From: Planctomycetota bacterium
GTDB taxonomy: Bacteria; Planctomycetota; UBA8108; SXIK01
Direction: 5' to 3'
NCBI GenBank assembly: GCA_965223845.1
Contig: CBDCXR010000004.1
Coordinates: 1,504,001 to 1,568,000 of the forward strand
DNA length: 64,000 nt
Part shown: piece by piece, positions 28,976 through 38,498 of the stretch
How the letters are laid out: each line of letters opens with the position of its first letter
Numbering within the stretch: the stretch's first letter is position 1
The notes under the pieces: model-generated
Databases searched by the model: none
What the model was told of the DNA's origin: nothing
The model's input: the letters and a program-made list of their open reading frames with translations, nothing else
Program-made: the position numbers and the translations under genes

Positions 28976-29063
28976 GCCCAGGTGGCGGAATTGGCAGACG
29001 CGCATGGTTGAGGGCCATGTGGACTTTTTGTCCATGCGGGTTCGACTCCCGCCCTGGGCACCA
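28976..29063 (+). tRNA. tRNA-Leu (anticodon GAG)
   Basis: Acceptor GCCCAGG/CCTGGGC; D-arm GGCGGAATTGGCAGACGC; anticodon arm CATGG-TTGAGGG-CCATG; long variable arm TGGAC-TTTTT-GTCCA; T-loop GGTTCGACTCC; encoded CCA. Confidence 0.96.
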
Positions 29064-29169
29064 CCACTTACATCCGCTCTTCTCGGCTTCGGCCAGGTCT
29101 CTCGAGGAGCGTCTCGGGCGGCGCGCGCTGAACTGTGCGCCGCCGCCGGTTCGCGCGAGGAACTACTGC

Positions 29170-30069
29170 GTGAACGCCTCAGTCGTCGACTCCGCGCCGG
29201 ACGCTTCGCTCCCGCAACGCATCGGTCTCGTCGCCGGTGGAGGGCGATTCCCCGTGCTCGTCGCCGAGGGACTCGCACGACGAGGAGTCGAGGTAGTCTG
29301 CGCGACCCTCCACGGTCAGGACGACCCCGCGCTCGCCGATGCCTGCGTCGTAGTGCGGAAGTTCGGTTTCGCGCGCCTCGGCCCGCTCTTTCGCTTTTTT
29401 CGCCGGCACGAGGTCCGCGAGCTCACCTGGGCCGGCTGGATCCGCAAGGAGTCGATCTTCGCGCGCTGGCGCTGGCTGCGGCTCGTCCCCGACTGGCGTA
29501 TGATACGCTTCTACTTCGTGCGTCTCCGGCGGCGCGATCGCCAAAATCAGACGATTCTGAGCGCGCTCGCCGAAGAGTTCGCCGCCGAGGGTTTCGAGTT
29601 GTCGCATTCCGTGAAGTACAGCCCCGAGTTGCTCGCACCCGAGGGCGTGCTGTCGCGACGTCGACCCACGCCGGCCCAGTGGGAGGACGTTCGCTTCGGC
29701 TGGGACGTCGCGAAGCGAATGGCCGACCTCGACGTCGGGCAGAGCGTCGTCGTCTGCGAGAAATCGACGCTCGCCGTCGAGGGAATCGAAGGGACGGATC
29801 GCAATATCCGCCGAGCCGGTGAGTTCTATCGGCGCGGAGGATTCACCGTCGTCAAGGTGGCGAAAGACGGTCACGACATGCGCTTCGATGTCCCGGCGGT
29901 GGGTCCGGACACGATCGCATCGATGCGCGCAGCCGGCGGTGCCGTTCTCTGCATCGAAGCGGGGAAGACGCTCACGATCGATCGCGCGGCGATGCTGAGC
30001 GACGCCGACGCGGCCGCAATCGCCGTGGTCTCGCTGGTCGACGGCCGAGAACCGAGGCCCGCGGAATAA
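29170..30069 (+). CDS. lpxI: UDP-2,3-diacylglucosamine diphosphatase LpxI
   Basis: IGLVAGGGRFP; LDVGQSVVV; AVEGIEGTD; DMRFDVPAVGPDT; IEAGKTL; start moved to GTG 29170, downstream of the tRNA. Confidence 0.88.
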   Translation: MNASVVDSAPDASLPQRIGLVAGGGRFPVLVAEGLARRGVEVVCATLHGQDDPALADACVVVRKFGFARLGPLFRFFRRHEVRELTWAGWIRKESIFARWRWLRLVPDWRMIRFYFVRLRRRDRQNQTILSALAEEFAAEGFELSHSVKYSPELLAPEGVLSRRRPTPAQWEDVRFGWDVAKRMADLDVGQSVVVCEKSTLAVEGIEGTDRNIRRAGEFYRRGGFTVVKVAKDGHDMRFDVPAVGPDTIASMRAAGGAVLCIEAGKTLTIDRAAMLSDADAAAIAVVSLVDGREPRPAE

Positions 30070-30482
30070 CGCGCGTTCGTCCCGGCCTCCTACCGCCCGC
30101 GAGCCGAATTCGCCGAAACGATGAACGGCGCGGCACGAGATTCGAAGAGTGTTGAGCTCGTGACCGAGTCGCCGCCTCCGGGTCGCTTTCACCGCACGCC
30201 GCTTTCACGAGCTGTTAGGGGCCCGCGGGTTCTCCCGGCGGCCGATTATCGGTAGAGTGGAAGCCGAGTGGTCCGACTGCGGCTGTAGTGTGCGCCTCGG
30301 GCCCAGAGCATTCCGGACGGCCGATGAGGCCGCCACCTTCTCAAGACCATCCGTTCGCCCTTCCGCATCGAGCCGCGGGCTGCGAGGTGAATCTCGTTCG
30401 GAGAGATTCGCTCGCGGTCGACGGTGCGTTCGCGGGTGGGATGGACGTCAATCTTATAGACAGGACACGCATGGAGATTGGT

Positions 30483-31976
30483 ATGAAGCCCAGGCTTCTC
30501 GCAGTGATCGTGGCGTGCTGCGTCGTTCCCGCCGTGGCGAACGCCGGCGACCTCAAGGGCGATCTCGACAAGCTGCTGAAAGACGGCTCGAACCGATTCG
30601 GGACTCTCCTCAAGGGGAAGATCGATGAGGCTCTCGCCGAAGCTCAAAAGGGTTTTGTCGAGGCGGTGCTCGGCATCACCGAAAAGCACCTCGCAGAGGC
30701 GAAGACGAAGTTCGATGCCGATCTCGCTGCGCGCGATAAGCGCATTGGAGAGCTCGAAGGGCGATTGAAGTCGCTCGAGGCGAAGCTCGCCGAGGCGAAG
30801 GCCATCGATCCGTGGCTGCAGAAGGAGCTGACGGGTGCGTTCGTCGGGCTCGGCTACACCGATCTCCCGGATGAGCAGAAAAAGGCGCTCAAGGTCGAAG
30901 GCGGTGCGGTCGTGACCGACCTCATCGCCGAGGGACCGGCGGCCGCGGCCGGAATTCAAAAGGGCGACGTGATCACTGCGATCAACGGACGCGGAGTCTC
31001 GTCGACCAACTTCAGCTCCGCCGTTCGGACGTTTGCGCCCGGGAGCAAGATCAAGCTCACTCGCATTCGTGAAGGAAGCGCAGCGGACGTCGAGGTCACG
31101 CTCGTCGACAAGGACGCGTTCTGGAAGGAAAAGGTTCAAAAGCTGAAGCCGGTCGTGCTCGGCGTCCGGGTGACGGAGAACGACGGCCTCGTCGTGAGCG
31201 ATATCGAGGACGGATTCACCGGCGCGGTCGCGGGTCTCAAGGACGGCGATCGGCTTCTCAAGGTGAACGGCGCCGATGTGAAGACGCTCGAGGAGGTCTC
31301 GGCGAAGCTTCAGCCGGTGCACGCGGGCGATCGACTCGAGCTTTCCATTCAGCGGGGAGCTCAGACGATTGCGGTCGCAGTCGTCGCCGGAAACGGGAAG
31401 GGCGACGCTAAGCTTCTCTCTTCGGAATCGTCGACGCGAAAGGGCGTCCTCGGTCTCGACGTCGTTCCCGGCGACGCCGGCGCCGTCATCGAGGCGGTCG
31501 CGGACGGGGGCACCGGTGCGGCCTACGGACTTCAAAAAGGTGATGTGATCAAGAAGATCAACGCCCAGGACGTCACGGCGACGGCAAAGCTCGTCGAGGT
31601 GGTGAACGGTCTCACCGCGGGCGAGAGAATCTCGATCGTGGTCGCGCGTGGCGACTCCGAGGTGACGATCACCGACGCACTCGTCGGAGCCGAGGGAGAA
31701 ACGGTACCCGCTCCGCCGAAGCCGGGACGCCTCGGGATCGTGGCTGAGGAAACCGAAGACGGGAAGATCGTCGTTCGGTCGCTCGAAGCGGGTGGCGCCG
31801 GCGAGAAGAGCGGTCTCAAGGTCGGAGACGTCCTCGTCTCGGCCGGCGACCGCGCACTGAAGAGCTTCGACGATCTCGCGGCCGTCCTCACCGGCAAGCA
31901 CGCCGGCGACTCGATCGCGTTCAAGGTGCGTCGCGGCGATAACGAGAGCGAGGCGAAGGTCGTCCTCGGCGAGTGA
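30483..31976 (+). CDS. exported coiled-coil + four tandem PDZ domain protein
   Basis: Signal peptide MKPRLLAVIVACCVVPAVANA; heptad-like segment; four units with AFVG/VLG/VLG/RLG starts and GIQKGD, GLKDGD, GLQKGD, GLKVGD. Confidence 0.82.
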   Translation: MKPRLLAVIVACCVVPAVANAGDLKGDLDKLLKDGSNRFGTLLKGKIDEALAEAQKGFVEAVLGITEKHLAEAKTKFDADLAARDKRIGELEGRLKSLEAKLAEAKAIDPWLQKELTGAFVGLGYTDLPDEQKKALKVEGGAVVTDLIAEGPAAAAGIQKGDVITAINGRGVSSTNFSSAVRTFAPGSKIKLTRIREGSAADVEVTLVDKDAFWKEKVQKLKPVVLGVRVTENDGLVVSDIEDGFTGAVAGLKDGDRLLKVNGADVKTLEEVSAKLQPVHAGDRLELSIQRGAQTIAVAVVAGNGKGDAKLLSSESSTRKGVLGLDVVPGDAGAVIEAVADGGTGAAYGLQKGDVIKKINAQDVTATAKLVEVVNGLTAGERISIVVARGDSEVTITDALVGAEGETVPAPPKPGRLGIVAEETEDGKIVVRSLEAGGAGEKSGLKVGDVLVSAGDRALKSFDDLAAVLTGKHAGDSIAFKVRRGDNESEAKVVLGE

Positions 31977-32151
31977 CGGTTCGCGCGCCTCGTGCGCTCC
32001 TGGACACGGCCCCGTCGATCCGCGAGGATCGGCGGGGCCGTGTCGCTAGTGGCTCCGGCCGATTCTCCCTCTGACTTGGGGGCGAAGTCGGCGAGGACCG
32101 CATTCGAGCTGAACCCGACTCCCCGCGCAGGTCCCCAGAGATAGACTTCGC

Positions 32152-32742
32152 ATGACGAGAAAGGTGTTTCTCATCGGATACCGCGCGACGGGAAAATCGA
32201 CGTTCGGTCGCCGGCTCGCCGAGCGGCTCGGGGTGGAGTTTTGCGATACCGATCGGATCGTTGAGCGCGAGATCGGCGAGTCGATTCGTGAGTATTTCGC
32301 CGCGCATGGAGAAGGCGCGTTCCGCGAGAGGGAGGCGGCCGTGCTGCGGCAGGTGTGCCGGAGAGACGAGACGGCGGTCGTCGCTACGGGCGGGGGAATC
32401 GTCCTCGACCCCGAGAACGTCCGCGCGATGCGGGAGGCCGGTCGCGTGATCTGGCTCCGCGCGGATGCGGCAGCGATTCGGGAGCGGCTCCGGTCGGACG
32501 CCGGATCGGCCAACACTCGACCGTCGCTCACCGGCGCCGGTGCGATCGAGGAGGTGGACGAGGTCCTCGCCGAGCGTACGCCGCTCTACGCCGAGAGTGC
32601 GCACGAGGTGATCGACACCGAAGAGCGCGATGGGGACGCAATCGTCGACGAATTGGTGAGGCGGTGCTCGCGGAGTCCGGGAAGAGATCCCGGATTCTCC
32701 AGCGATCCGTCCGATAGTAAGGACGTCGTCGACCCGAGTTAG
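32152..32742 (+). CDS. aroK: shikimate kinase
   Basis: GYRATGKST; DTD; GEGAFRERE; ATGGG; RPSL; RTPLY. Confidence 0.93.
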   Translation: MTRKVFLIGYRATGKSTFGRRLAERLGVEFCDTDRIVEREIGESIREYFAAHGEGAFREREAAVLRQVCRRDETAVVATGGGIVLDPENVRAMREAGRVIWLRADAAAIRERLRSDAGSANTRPSLTGAGAIEEVDEVLAERTPLYAESAHEVIDTEERDGDAIVDELVRRCSRSPGRDPGFSSDPSDSKDVVDPS

Positions 32743-32838
32743 ACTCGGGCCGGGACCGCCGGCGGAGGACGGGCTCAAGCCCGCGGGAGTCTCTCCTGGA
32801 TCTGTCTTGCGCTGCGCCCGCTGGGAGAAGGAGTCGAG

Positions 32839-33936
32839 TTGGACGACGCAGTTCGCATCCTCGTCGCTGGAGTCGCGGTCGTCTTCGGAGCCGCCGTCGG
32901 CAGCTTCCTCAACGTTTGCGTGTACCGGCTCCCGCGCGATGGCATGTCGCCGAATCGACCGCGCCGCTCGTTCTGCCCGCGCTGCGGGTTTTGGATCCCG
33001 TGGCGCGATAACCTGCCGATCGTGAGCTGGTTGGCTCTCGGCGGACGATGCCGGCGCTGTCGCGCCCCGATCTCCGTCCGCTACACGATTGTCGAAGCGC
33101 TCACGGCGGTGCTGTTCGCCGTGCTCGCCCTCAAGTTTCTCGCCGCCGAAAGTCCTCAGATCGGCCTCTTCGCGGTGCTCGTCGCACTCGTCTCGGCTCT
33201 CATCGTCGCGTCGTTTATCGATCTGGAGCTGCGGTTGCTTCCCGATCGCATCACGATCGGCGGAATGATGCTGAGCCCGTTCGTCGCGCTCGCGGTTCCC
33301 GAGATGCACGCGCGTCCCGTCGACGATACGGTCGCGTGGCTCCTTGTCGCGGCGCGACCGGGGGTCGAGGCGGCGAACGCGGCGCTTCCATCGCTCTCTG
33401 GGGTCGGGATCGCGCTGGTGGCGCTTCTGGCGACCGCTCTGGGCGCAGCCGGCGGACTCTACGGGTTCGCCGGCTACTGGCGCCTCGCGCACCGTGGGGT
33501 GCCGAAGCCGCTCCGCGACGGTGCGCTCGGGGCGGTGCTCGCGGGAGTCGCGTCGGGCACGGCGACCGTCGTTCTCTTTCGGCCGGAGCTCCTCCTCTCG
33601 CCGCGCGTCTACAGCTTGTGCGCCGCGGGGGCCGGAATGTTTGCCGGCGCGTCTCTCGTGCTCGGTGTGGGGGTGTTCGGCCGAGTCGTATTTCGGAAGC
33701 CGGCCATGGGCTTCGGAGACGTGAAGCTCATGGGGCTTCTCGGCGCCTTCACCGGCTGGTTCGGCGTCTTCATCGGTTTTTTTCTCGCGTGCTTCGTGGG
33801 GTCGATCGTCGGCGTCGCGATCCTCATCCGGCGACGCGATCACTACCTGCCGTTTGGGCCGTTTCTCGCTGCCGGTGCTCTCTTCTACATTCTCTGGCCG
33901 GATCTCGTGGCCCGAGTCCTCGACTGGTGGCTCTGA
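32839..33936 (+). CDS. pilD: prepilin peptidase / N-methyltransferase (A24A)
   Basis: GSFLNVCVYRLP; RSFCPRC; DNLPIVSW; GRCRRC; catalytic FIDLE and MGFGDVKL; PFGPFL. Confidence 0.93.
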   Translation: MDDAVRILVAGVAVVFGAAVGSFLNVCVYRLPRDGMSPNRPRRSFCPRCGFWIPWRDNLPIVSWLALGGRCRRCRAPISVRYTIVEALTAVLFAVLALKFLAAESPQIGLFAVLVALVSALIVASFIDLELRLLPDRITIGGMMLSPFVALAVPEMHARPVDDTVAWLLVAARPGVEAANAALPSLSGVGIALVALLATALGAAGGLYGFAGYWRLAHRGVPKPLRDGALGAVLAGVASGTATVVLFRPELLLSPRVYSLCAAGAGMFAGASLVLGVGVFGRVVFRKPAMGFGDVKLMGLLGAFTGWFGVFIGFFLACFVGSIVGVAILIRRRDHYLPFGPFLAAGALFYILWPDLVARVLDWWL

Positions 33937-34045
33937 ATCCGCGCCGGGGCCAGTCTTCGACTTCGACCCGGCTGGAATCGGGTCCTCGGCCGCCGTTTCG
34001 CGCGGGGAGATCGAATGAGCAGGCCGGGAGGCTCGAGGTTGGCAC

Positions 34046-34074
34046 TTGCCACTCCGAGACCGCCTGGCTAAACT
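34046..34074 (+). promoter_or_regulatory. sigma70-type promoter
   Basis: TTGCCA (34046-34051)-N17-TAAACT (34069-34074) in a 590-bp intergenic region. Confidence 0.55.
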
Positions 34075-34528
34075 CCAGACCCGTACATCCAGCCGAGCCG
34101 AGCGCGGACGTTCCTTTCGACCGAGCGGACGGGCGAACGCAGAGCCGGATGTGGAGTGAAGTGTCTCCCTGAGGCGCCACCGCTGCGACGAGGAGTCCGG
34201 CCGGACGGTTTCCGGTCGAGTCGCGGAGGCGAGAGCTTCGGGGGCGAGAACGGATTGGTGGTGTGACGTCGATCGTCCCGCGGTCCCTCCGATGTCGATG
34301 GGCGCCCTGGCCTCGTCCCGCGCGGCGAGCGGAGTGCTCCAGCGACGCGCCGAACTGGCGTGGCGGACGGCCGGAACGGAGCACGGCGCAGTTGCGTCGT
34401 CACGTCACCGTCGAACCCGTAGGTGCCGCCCCGGCGAGCGGTGCGGGATCCAGCTCGGACCGTGCCTTCGGCGATAGTTCAGGCGGAGTTGGCCTTCGGG
34501 CGAAATCGGGAGGAGAGGTAGAAGAGAG

Positions 34529-35230
34529 ATGAAGCGACAAAGACTTGGACTGTGTGTCCTCGCTTTCTTGTGGATGGCGTTCGGTTCTGGCTGCGCGATG
34601 AAGAGTCTGCGCGAGACGAACCAGCGTCTGCGGGAGTCGAACGACCGGTTGATCGCCGAGAACAACCGCCTCGAGGCGGACCTCGATGAGCTGCAGCGTT
34701 CCCTCGCTTTGGCGCCGCCGGTTCCTGAGACTCCGGCGCCCGATCTGAACGCCAACCCGGCGCCGGTGACGGAACCCGTGATTCGCGCCGGCGACGCAGA
34801 TCTCGTGATCGACTCGCTCGAGGAAGGAGTGAGCGTCTCGCGCACCGACGACGGGATCAAGATGACGCTCGAAGACCGCATCTTCTTCTCGCCCGGCCAG
34901 GCGAAGCTCTCGAGTCGTGGTCGGCAGATCCTCGCGCGCGTGGCACGAATGATCCGTCGCGAATACGCCGGTCACAACATCCGTGTCGAGGGGCACACGG
35001 ACGACACGCCCACGCGAAAGGTGAAGCATCTCTACCCGACGAACTGGGAGCTCTCGACCGCGCGCGCCTGCTCGGTGGTCCGAGAGTTGATCACTCACGG
35101 CGACGTCAATCCGTCGACGATTTTCCCGGTCGGTTACAGCTATTACCGGCCGCTCGCGTCCGGATCGTCGTCGCGAGCGCGGAGTCAGAACCGAAGGGTG
35201 GAGATTACCATTCTCGATCGCGCGGGCTGA
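34529..35230 (+). CDS. OmpA/MotB-family peptidoglycan-binding lipoprotein with coiled coil
   Basis: Purine-rich RBS; lipobox FGSGC; heptad segment; VEGHTDD; NWELSTARA; NRRVEI. Confidence 0.88.
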   Translation: MKRQRLGLCVLAFLWMAFGSGCAMKSLRETNQRLRESNDRLIAENNRLEADLDELQRSLALAPPVPETPAPDLNANPAPVTEPVIRAGDADLVIDSLEEGVSVSRTDDGIKMTLEDRIFFSPGQAKLSSRGRQILARVARMIRREYAGHNIRVEGHTDDTPTRKVKHLYPTNWELSTARACSVVRELITHGDVNPSTIFPVGYSYYRPLASGSSSRARSQNRRVEITILDRAG

Positions 35231-35256
35231 GCCGCACGAGACTCCGATTCGCGAGT

Positions 35257-35292
35257 GAGGCCGTCCGGTCCGTAGACCGGACGGCCTCGTTT
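35257..35292 (+). terminator. perfect 14-bp hairpin, probable intrinsic terminator
   Basis: GAGGCCGTCCGGTC-CGTA-GACCGGACGGCCTC followed by GTTT, 26 nt after the stop codon. Confidence 0.6.
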
Positions 35293-35687
35293 CGATGGTA
35301 GCGAGTGGCCGAGGGGTCGGCAGCGCGCGCCGCATCCCGCTCCGTCACTGAACTCCCTTCCCGCCGCCGTACGGCCGATAGTCGCACGCGATTGTCCGGC
35401 GGCGTGACGGTAACGCACGCTTCGTGGGGCGATCGGCGCGTTCGTATGCGTCGGCGGAACTTCCGATGGTAGTCTTCCGACGACTCTCGAAGAGATGAGG
35501 GCGCTTCCGGCGCGGCCACAGCGCTCGGTTCGGTCGTTCGCGCCCGGTCCCTCGTCCTCCTCGGGGCTCTCTCCTCCGCATTCATTCAGTCTTTCCTTCC
35601 GATCTCCCTTCGGGCGGAACGCAGCACGGGGCGGCTGCGCGTCGCCGATTCCCGTATCGATTCAACTCTAACGAGGAGCGTGCGCGC

Positions 35688-36758
35688 ATGGTCTCCATCG
35701 AGGAACTGGTCCAGCAACTCGTCGAACGCGGTGGTTCGGACCTCCACATGTCGGCGGGTTCGCCGCCGATGATCCGCGTCAACGGGCGACTCGTGAGCAC
35801 GGAGCAGGAAGTGTTGTCGGCGGAGCTCGTTCAGAAGCTCGTCTACAGCATTCTCGACAATGAGCAGATCCTCCGCTTCGAGAAGGACCTCGAGCTCGAT
35901 ATGTCCTTCGGGATCGCGGGGCTCGGTCGTTTCCGAACGAACGTGTACTACCAGCGCGGCACGATCGGTGCGGTCATGCGAGCCGTGCCGTACGAGCTGA
36001 AGACTCTCGCGGATTTGGGTCTCCCCAGCAACGTCTGCGAAGACATCTGCGCGCGACCGAAGGGTCTGGTTCTCGTGACCGGCGCGACCGGAAGCGGAAA
36101 GTCGACGACGCTGGCCTCGATGATCGACCACATCAACCGGACGCGGAACGATCACATCGTCATCATCGAGGACCCGATCGAGTTCGTGCACCGCAACAAG
36201 GCGAGCCTCGTCCACCAGCGCGAAGTCGGGAGCGATACGAAGAACTTCGGCGAGGCGCTGCGTACCGTTCTGCGGCAGGACCCGGACGTCATCATGATTG
36301 GTGAGTTGCGGGACCAGGAGACGATCGCCGCCGCACTTACGATCGCGGAGACGGGGCACTTGACGTTCGCCACGCTTCACACCAACGACGTGGTGCAGAC
36401 CATCAACCGAATGGTCGACGTCTTCCCCGCGCACCAGCAGCAGCAGATCCGAACGCAGCTCTCGTTCACTCTCGAGGCCGTGTTCTGCCAGCGCCTCGTC
36501 CCGCGAGCGGACCACCGCGGTCGCGTACTCGCCGCCGAGATCATGATCGCCAACTCTGCGGTGCGGTCCCTCGTCCGCGAGGACAAGACGCACCAGCTCA
36601 TGTCCATCATTCAAACGGGAAGCCGACACGGCATGCGGTCGATGAATCAGACGCTGCACGACCTCTATCGTCAGCATCTCATTTCGTTCGACGACGCGGT
36701 CTCCAACTCTTCGGATCCGGATGATCTCCGGCGGCTGCTTCAGCGGCAGGGAATGTGA
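35688..36758 (+). CDS. pilT: type IV pilus retraction ATPase
   Basis: GSDLH; GATGSGKST; EDPIE; QREVG; LRQDPDVIMIGELRD; ETGHL; TLHT; AVRSLVRE (AIRNLIRE motif). Confidence 0.95.
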   Translation: MVSIEELVQQLVERGGSDLHMSAGSPPMIRVNGRLVSTEQEVLSAELVQKLVYSILDNEQILRFEKDLELDMSFGIAGLGRFRTNVYYQRGTIGAVMRAVPYELKTLADLGLPSNVCEDICARPKGLVLVTGATGSGKSTTLASMIDHINRTRNDHIVIIEDPIEFVHRNKASLVHQREVGSDTKNFGEALRTVLRQDPDVIMIGELRDQETIAAALTIAETGHLTFATLHTNDVVQTINRMVDVFPAHQQQQIRTQLSFTLEAVFCQRLVPRADHRGRVLAAEIMIANSAVRSLVREDKTHQLMSIIQTGSRHGMRSMNQTLHDLYRQHLISFDDAVSNSSDPDDLRRLLQRQGM

Positions 36759-36773
36759 TCTCGCGGGAACACG

Positions 36774-38495
36774 ATGCCAGTTCGCAAGTTCGATAAAAGA
36801 CTCCGGTCGATCCTACAACGTCGAGAATTGGTGGGAGAGGAGACCCTCGCCGCCGCCCTAGAGAAGGTGCGCGAGTCCGAAAACTCTCTCACTCAGGTCC
36901 TCCTCGCGGACGAATCGATTTCGGAATCAGATCTCGTCACGGCGCTCAGCGAGGAGACGCATCTCCCGCCGATCAACGTGGCGAAGGTCCAGCCCGACGA
37001 GAAGCTGGCCGAGCTCCTCCCGGAGAATCTCGCCAACTACTACGGGGTGATTCCGGTCGCGAAGGTCGGAAGCGTCCTCACGCTCGCGGTCGCCAACCCG
37101 TTCGACATTCTTCAGCTCGACGACATCCAGATCGTCACCGGGTGCGAGGTTCGGGCCGTGCTTTCCACCGAGGTCGCCATTAAGTCTGCGATCCCCGAGC
37201 TCTACAACAAGGGGCAGAAGGCGGTCGACGACCTCCTCGACAACATCGGCGACACCGAAGTCGAGATGAAAGAGGAGGCGAAGGACGACGAGCGCGAGGA
37301 CATCAGCGCGGTCCGCGATGGCGACGCCCCGGTCGTCAAGCTCGTGAACCTCATCATCGTCGAAGCGATCAAGCGGAAGGCGAGCGACATCCACATCGAG
37401 CCGATGGAAAAGACGGTGCGGGTGCGCTATCGCGTGGACGGCGCCCTCATCGAAGCGATGTCACCGCCGAAGAAGATGATGAGCGCGATCGCGAGTCGCA
37501 TCAAAATCATCTCCGGTCTCGACATCGCAGAGAAGCGGAAGCCGCAGGACGGAAAATTCCAAATCCGGATGGACGGCCGGAAGATCGACTTTCGAACGTC
37601 GCTCCTCCCGGTCATCCACGGCGAGAAGGTCGTCCTTCGTATTCTCGATTCCGGCAACCTCAGCCTCAATCTCGATATCCTCGGGTTCGAGGAGAAGTCG
37701 CTCGGAGACATCCGGGAAGCTACCGCGCAGCCCTACGGCATGCTCCTCGTCACGGGACCGACCGGAAGCGGAAAATCGACGACGCTCTACTCATGCATCA
37801 GCGAAGTGCTGTGCGTTGAGGACAACATCATCACGGTCGAAGATCCGGTCGAGTACGAACTCGAGGGGGTGAATCAGGTCCAGGTCAGCGTGAAGCGTGG
37901 GCTGACGTTTGCGGCGGCTCTGCGCTCCATTCTGCGACAAGACCCGGACACGATTCTCATCGGAGAAATTCGCGACCTCGAGACGATCGAGATCGCCGTT
38001 AAAGCGGCGCTTACCGGTCACCTCGTGTTTTCGACGCTGCACACGAACGATGCGCCGTCGACGATCACTCGAATCGTCGACATGGGAATCGAACCCTTCC
38101 TCGTCGCGTCGTCCGTCGTTTGCGTCTGCGCGCAGCGGCTGGCAAAGAAACTCTGCGACGACTGCAAGCGCCCTGTGGAAGAGACTCCGCCGCTCGACGA
38201 TCTCTACGGGATGGGATTCCTCGAGCAGGATCTCGCGGGGGCCGAGATTCAGTTCTACGAGGCCGTCGGCTGCAACCGCTGCGCCGCCGGCTACAAGGGG
38301 CGGTTCGCGCTCCTCGAAACGATGCCGCTCAACGACGAGCTGCGTCGGGTGATCATTCGGGGTGGTACCGCACTCGACATCAAAGACAAAGCGCTCGAGC
38401 AGCACATGATCGGTCTTCGCCGAGTCGGGCTGCTCAACGCCTTACGTGGCAAGACATCGCTTCAAGAAGTGATTCGAGTAACCATGGGAGAATAG
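36774..38495 (+). CDS. pilB: type IV pilus / T2SS assembly ATPase
   Basis: ASDIHIEP; LDIAEKRKPQDG; GPTGSGKST; LRQDPD; Zn motif CDDC...CNRC; GYKGR. Confidence 0.92.
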   Translation: MPVRKFDKRLRSILQRRELVGEETLAAALEKVRESENSLTQVLLADESISESDLVTALSEETHLPPINVAKVQPDEKLAELLPENLANYYGVIPVAKVGSVLTLAVANPFDILQLDDIQIVTGCEVRAVLSTEVAIKSAIPELYNKGQKAVDDLLDNIGDTEVEMKEEAKDDEREDISAVRDGDAPVVKLVNLIIVEAIKRKASDIHIEPMEKTVRVRYRVDGALIEAMSPPKKMMSAIASRIKIISGLDIAEKRKPQDGKFQIRMDGRKIDFRTSLLPVIHGEKVVLRILDSGNLSLNLDILGFEEKSLGDIREATAQPYGMLLVTGPTGSGKSTTLYSCISEVLCVEDNIITVEDPVEYELEGVNQVQVSVKRGLTFAAALRSILRQDPDTILIGEIRDLETIEIAVKAALTGHLVFSTLHTNDAPSTITRIVDMGIEPFLVASSVVCVCAQRLAKKLCDDCKRPVEETPPLDDLYGMGFLEQDLAGAEIQFYEAVGCNRCAAGYKGRFALLETMPLNDELRRVIIRGGTALDIKDKALEQHMIGLRRVGLLNALRGKTSLQEVIRVTMGE

Positions 38496-38498
38496 TGG

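Noticed and set aside
29040-29066. tRNA 3' end as an integration site; CCACCA ending
   Set aside because: No integrase, no repeated tRNA 3' fragment noticed and no composition shift; the second CCA is probably trailer sequence.
28933-29169. N-terminal extension of the LpxI ORF, and minus-strand ORFs over the same region
   Set aside because: They overlap a clear tRNA-Leu gene; downstream starts with RBS-like sequences exist.
34039-34074. CIRCE-like TTGGCAC...GCTAA
   Set aside because: Spacing and right arm do not fit TTAGCACTC-N9-GAGTGCTAA; better explained as a sigma70 promoter.
34190-34270. RNase P RNA-like or tmRNA-like starts (GAGGAGTCCGG; GGGGGCGAGAACGGATT)
   Set aside because: Lacks the GAGGAAAGTCC and other RNase P conserved regions, and lacks the TTCGAC and T-arm/CCA end of tmRNA.
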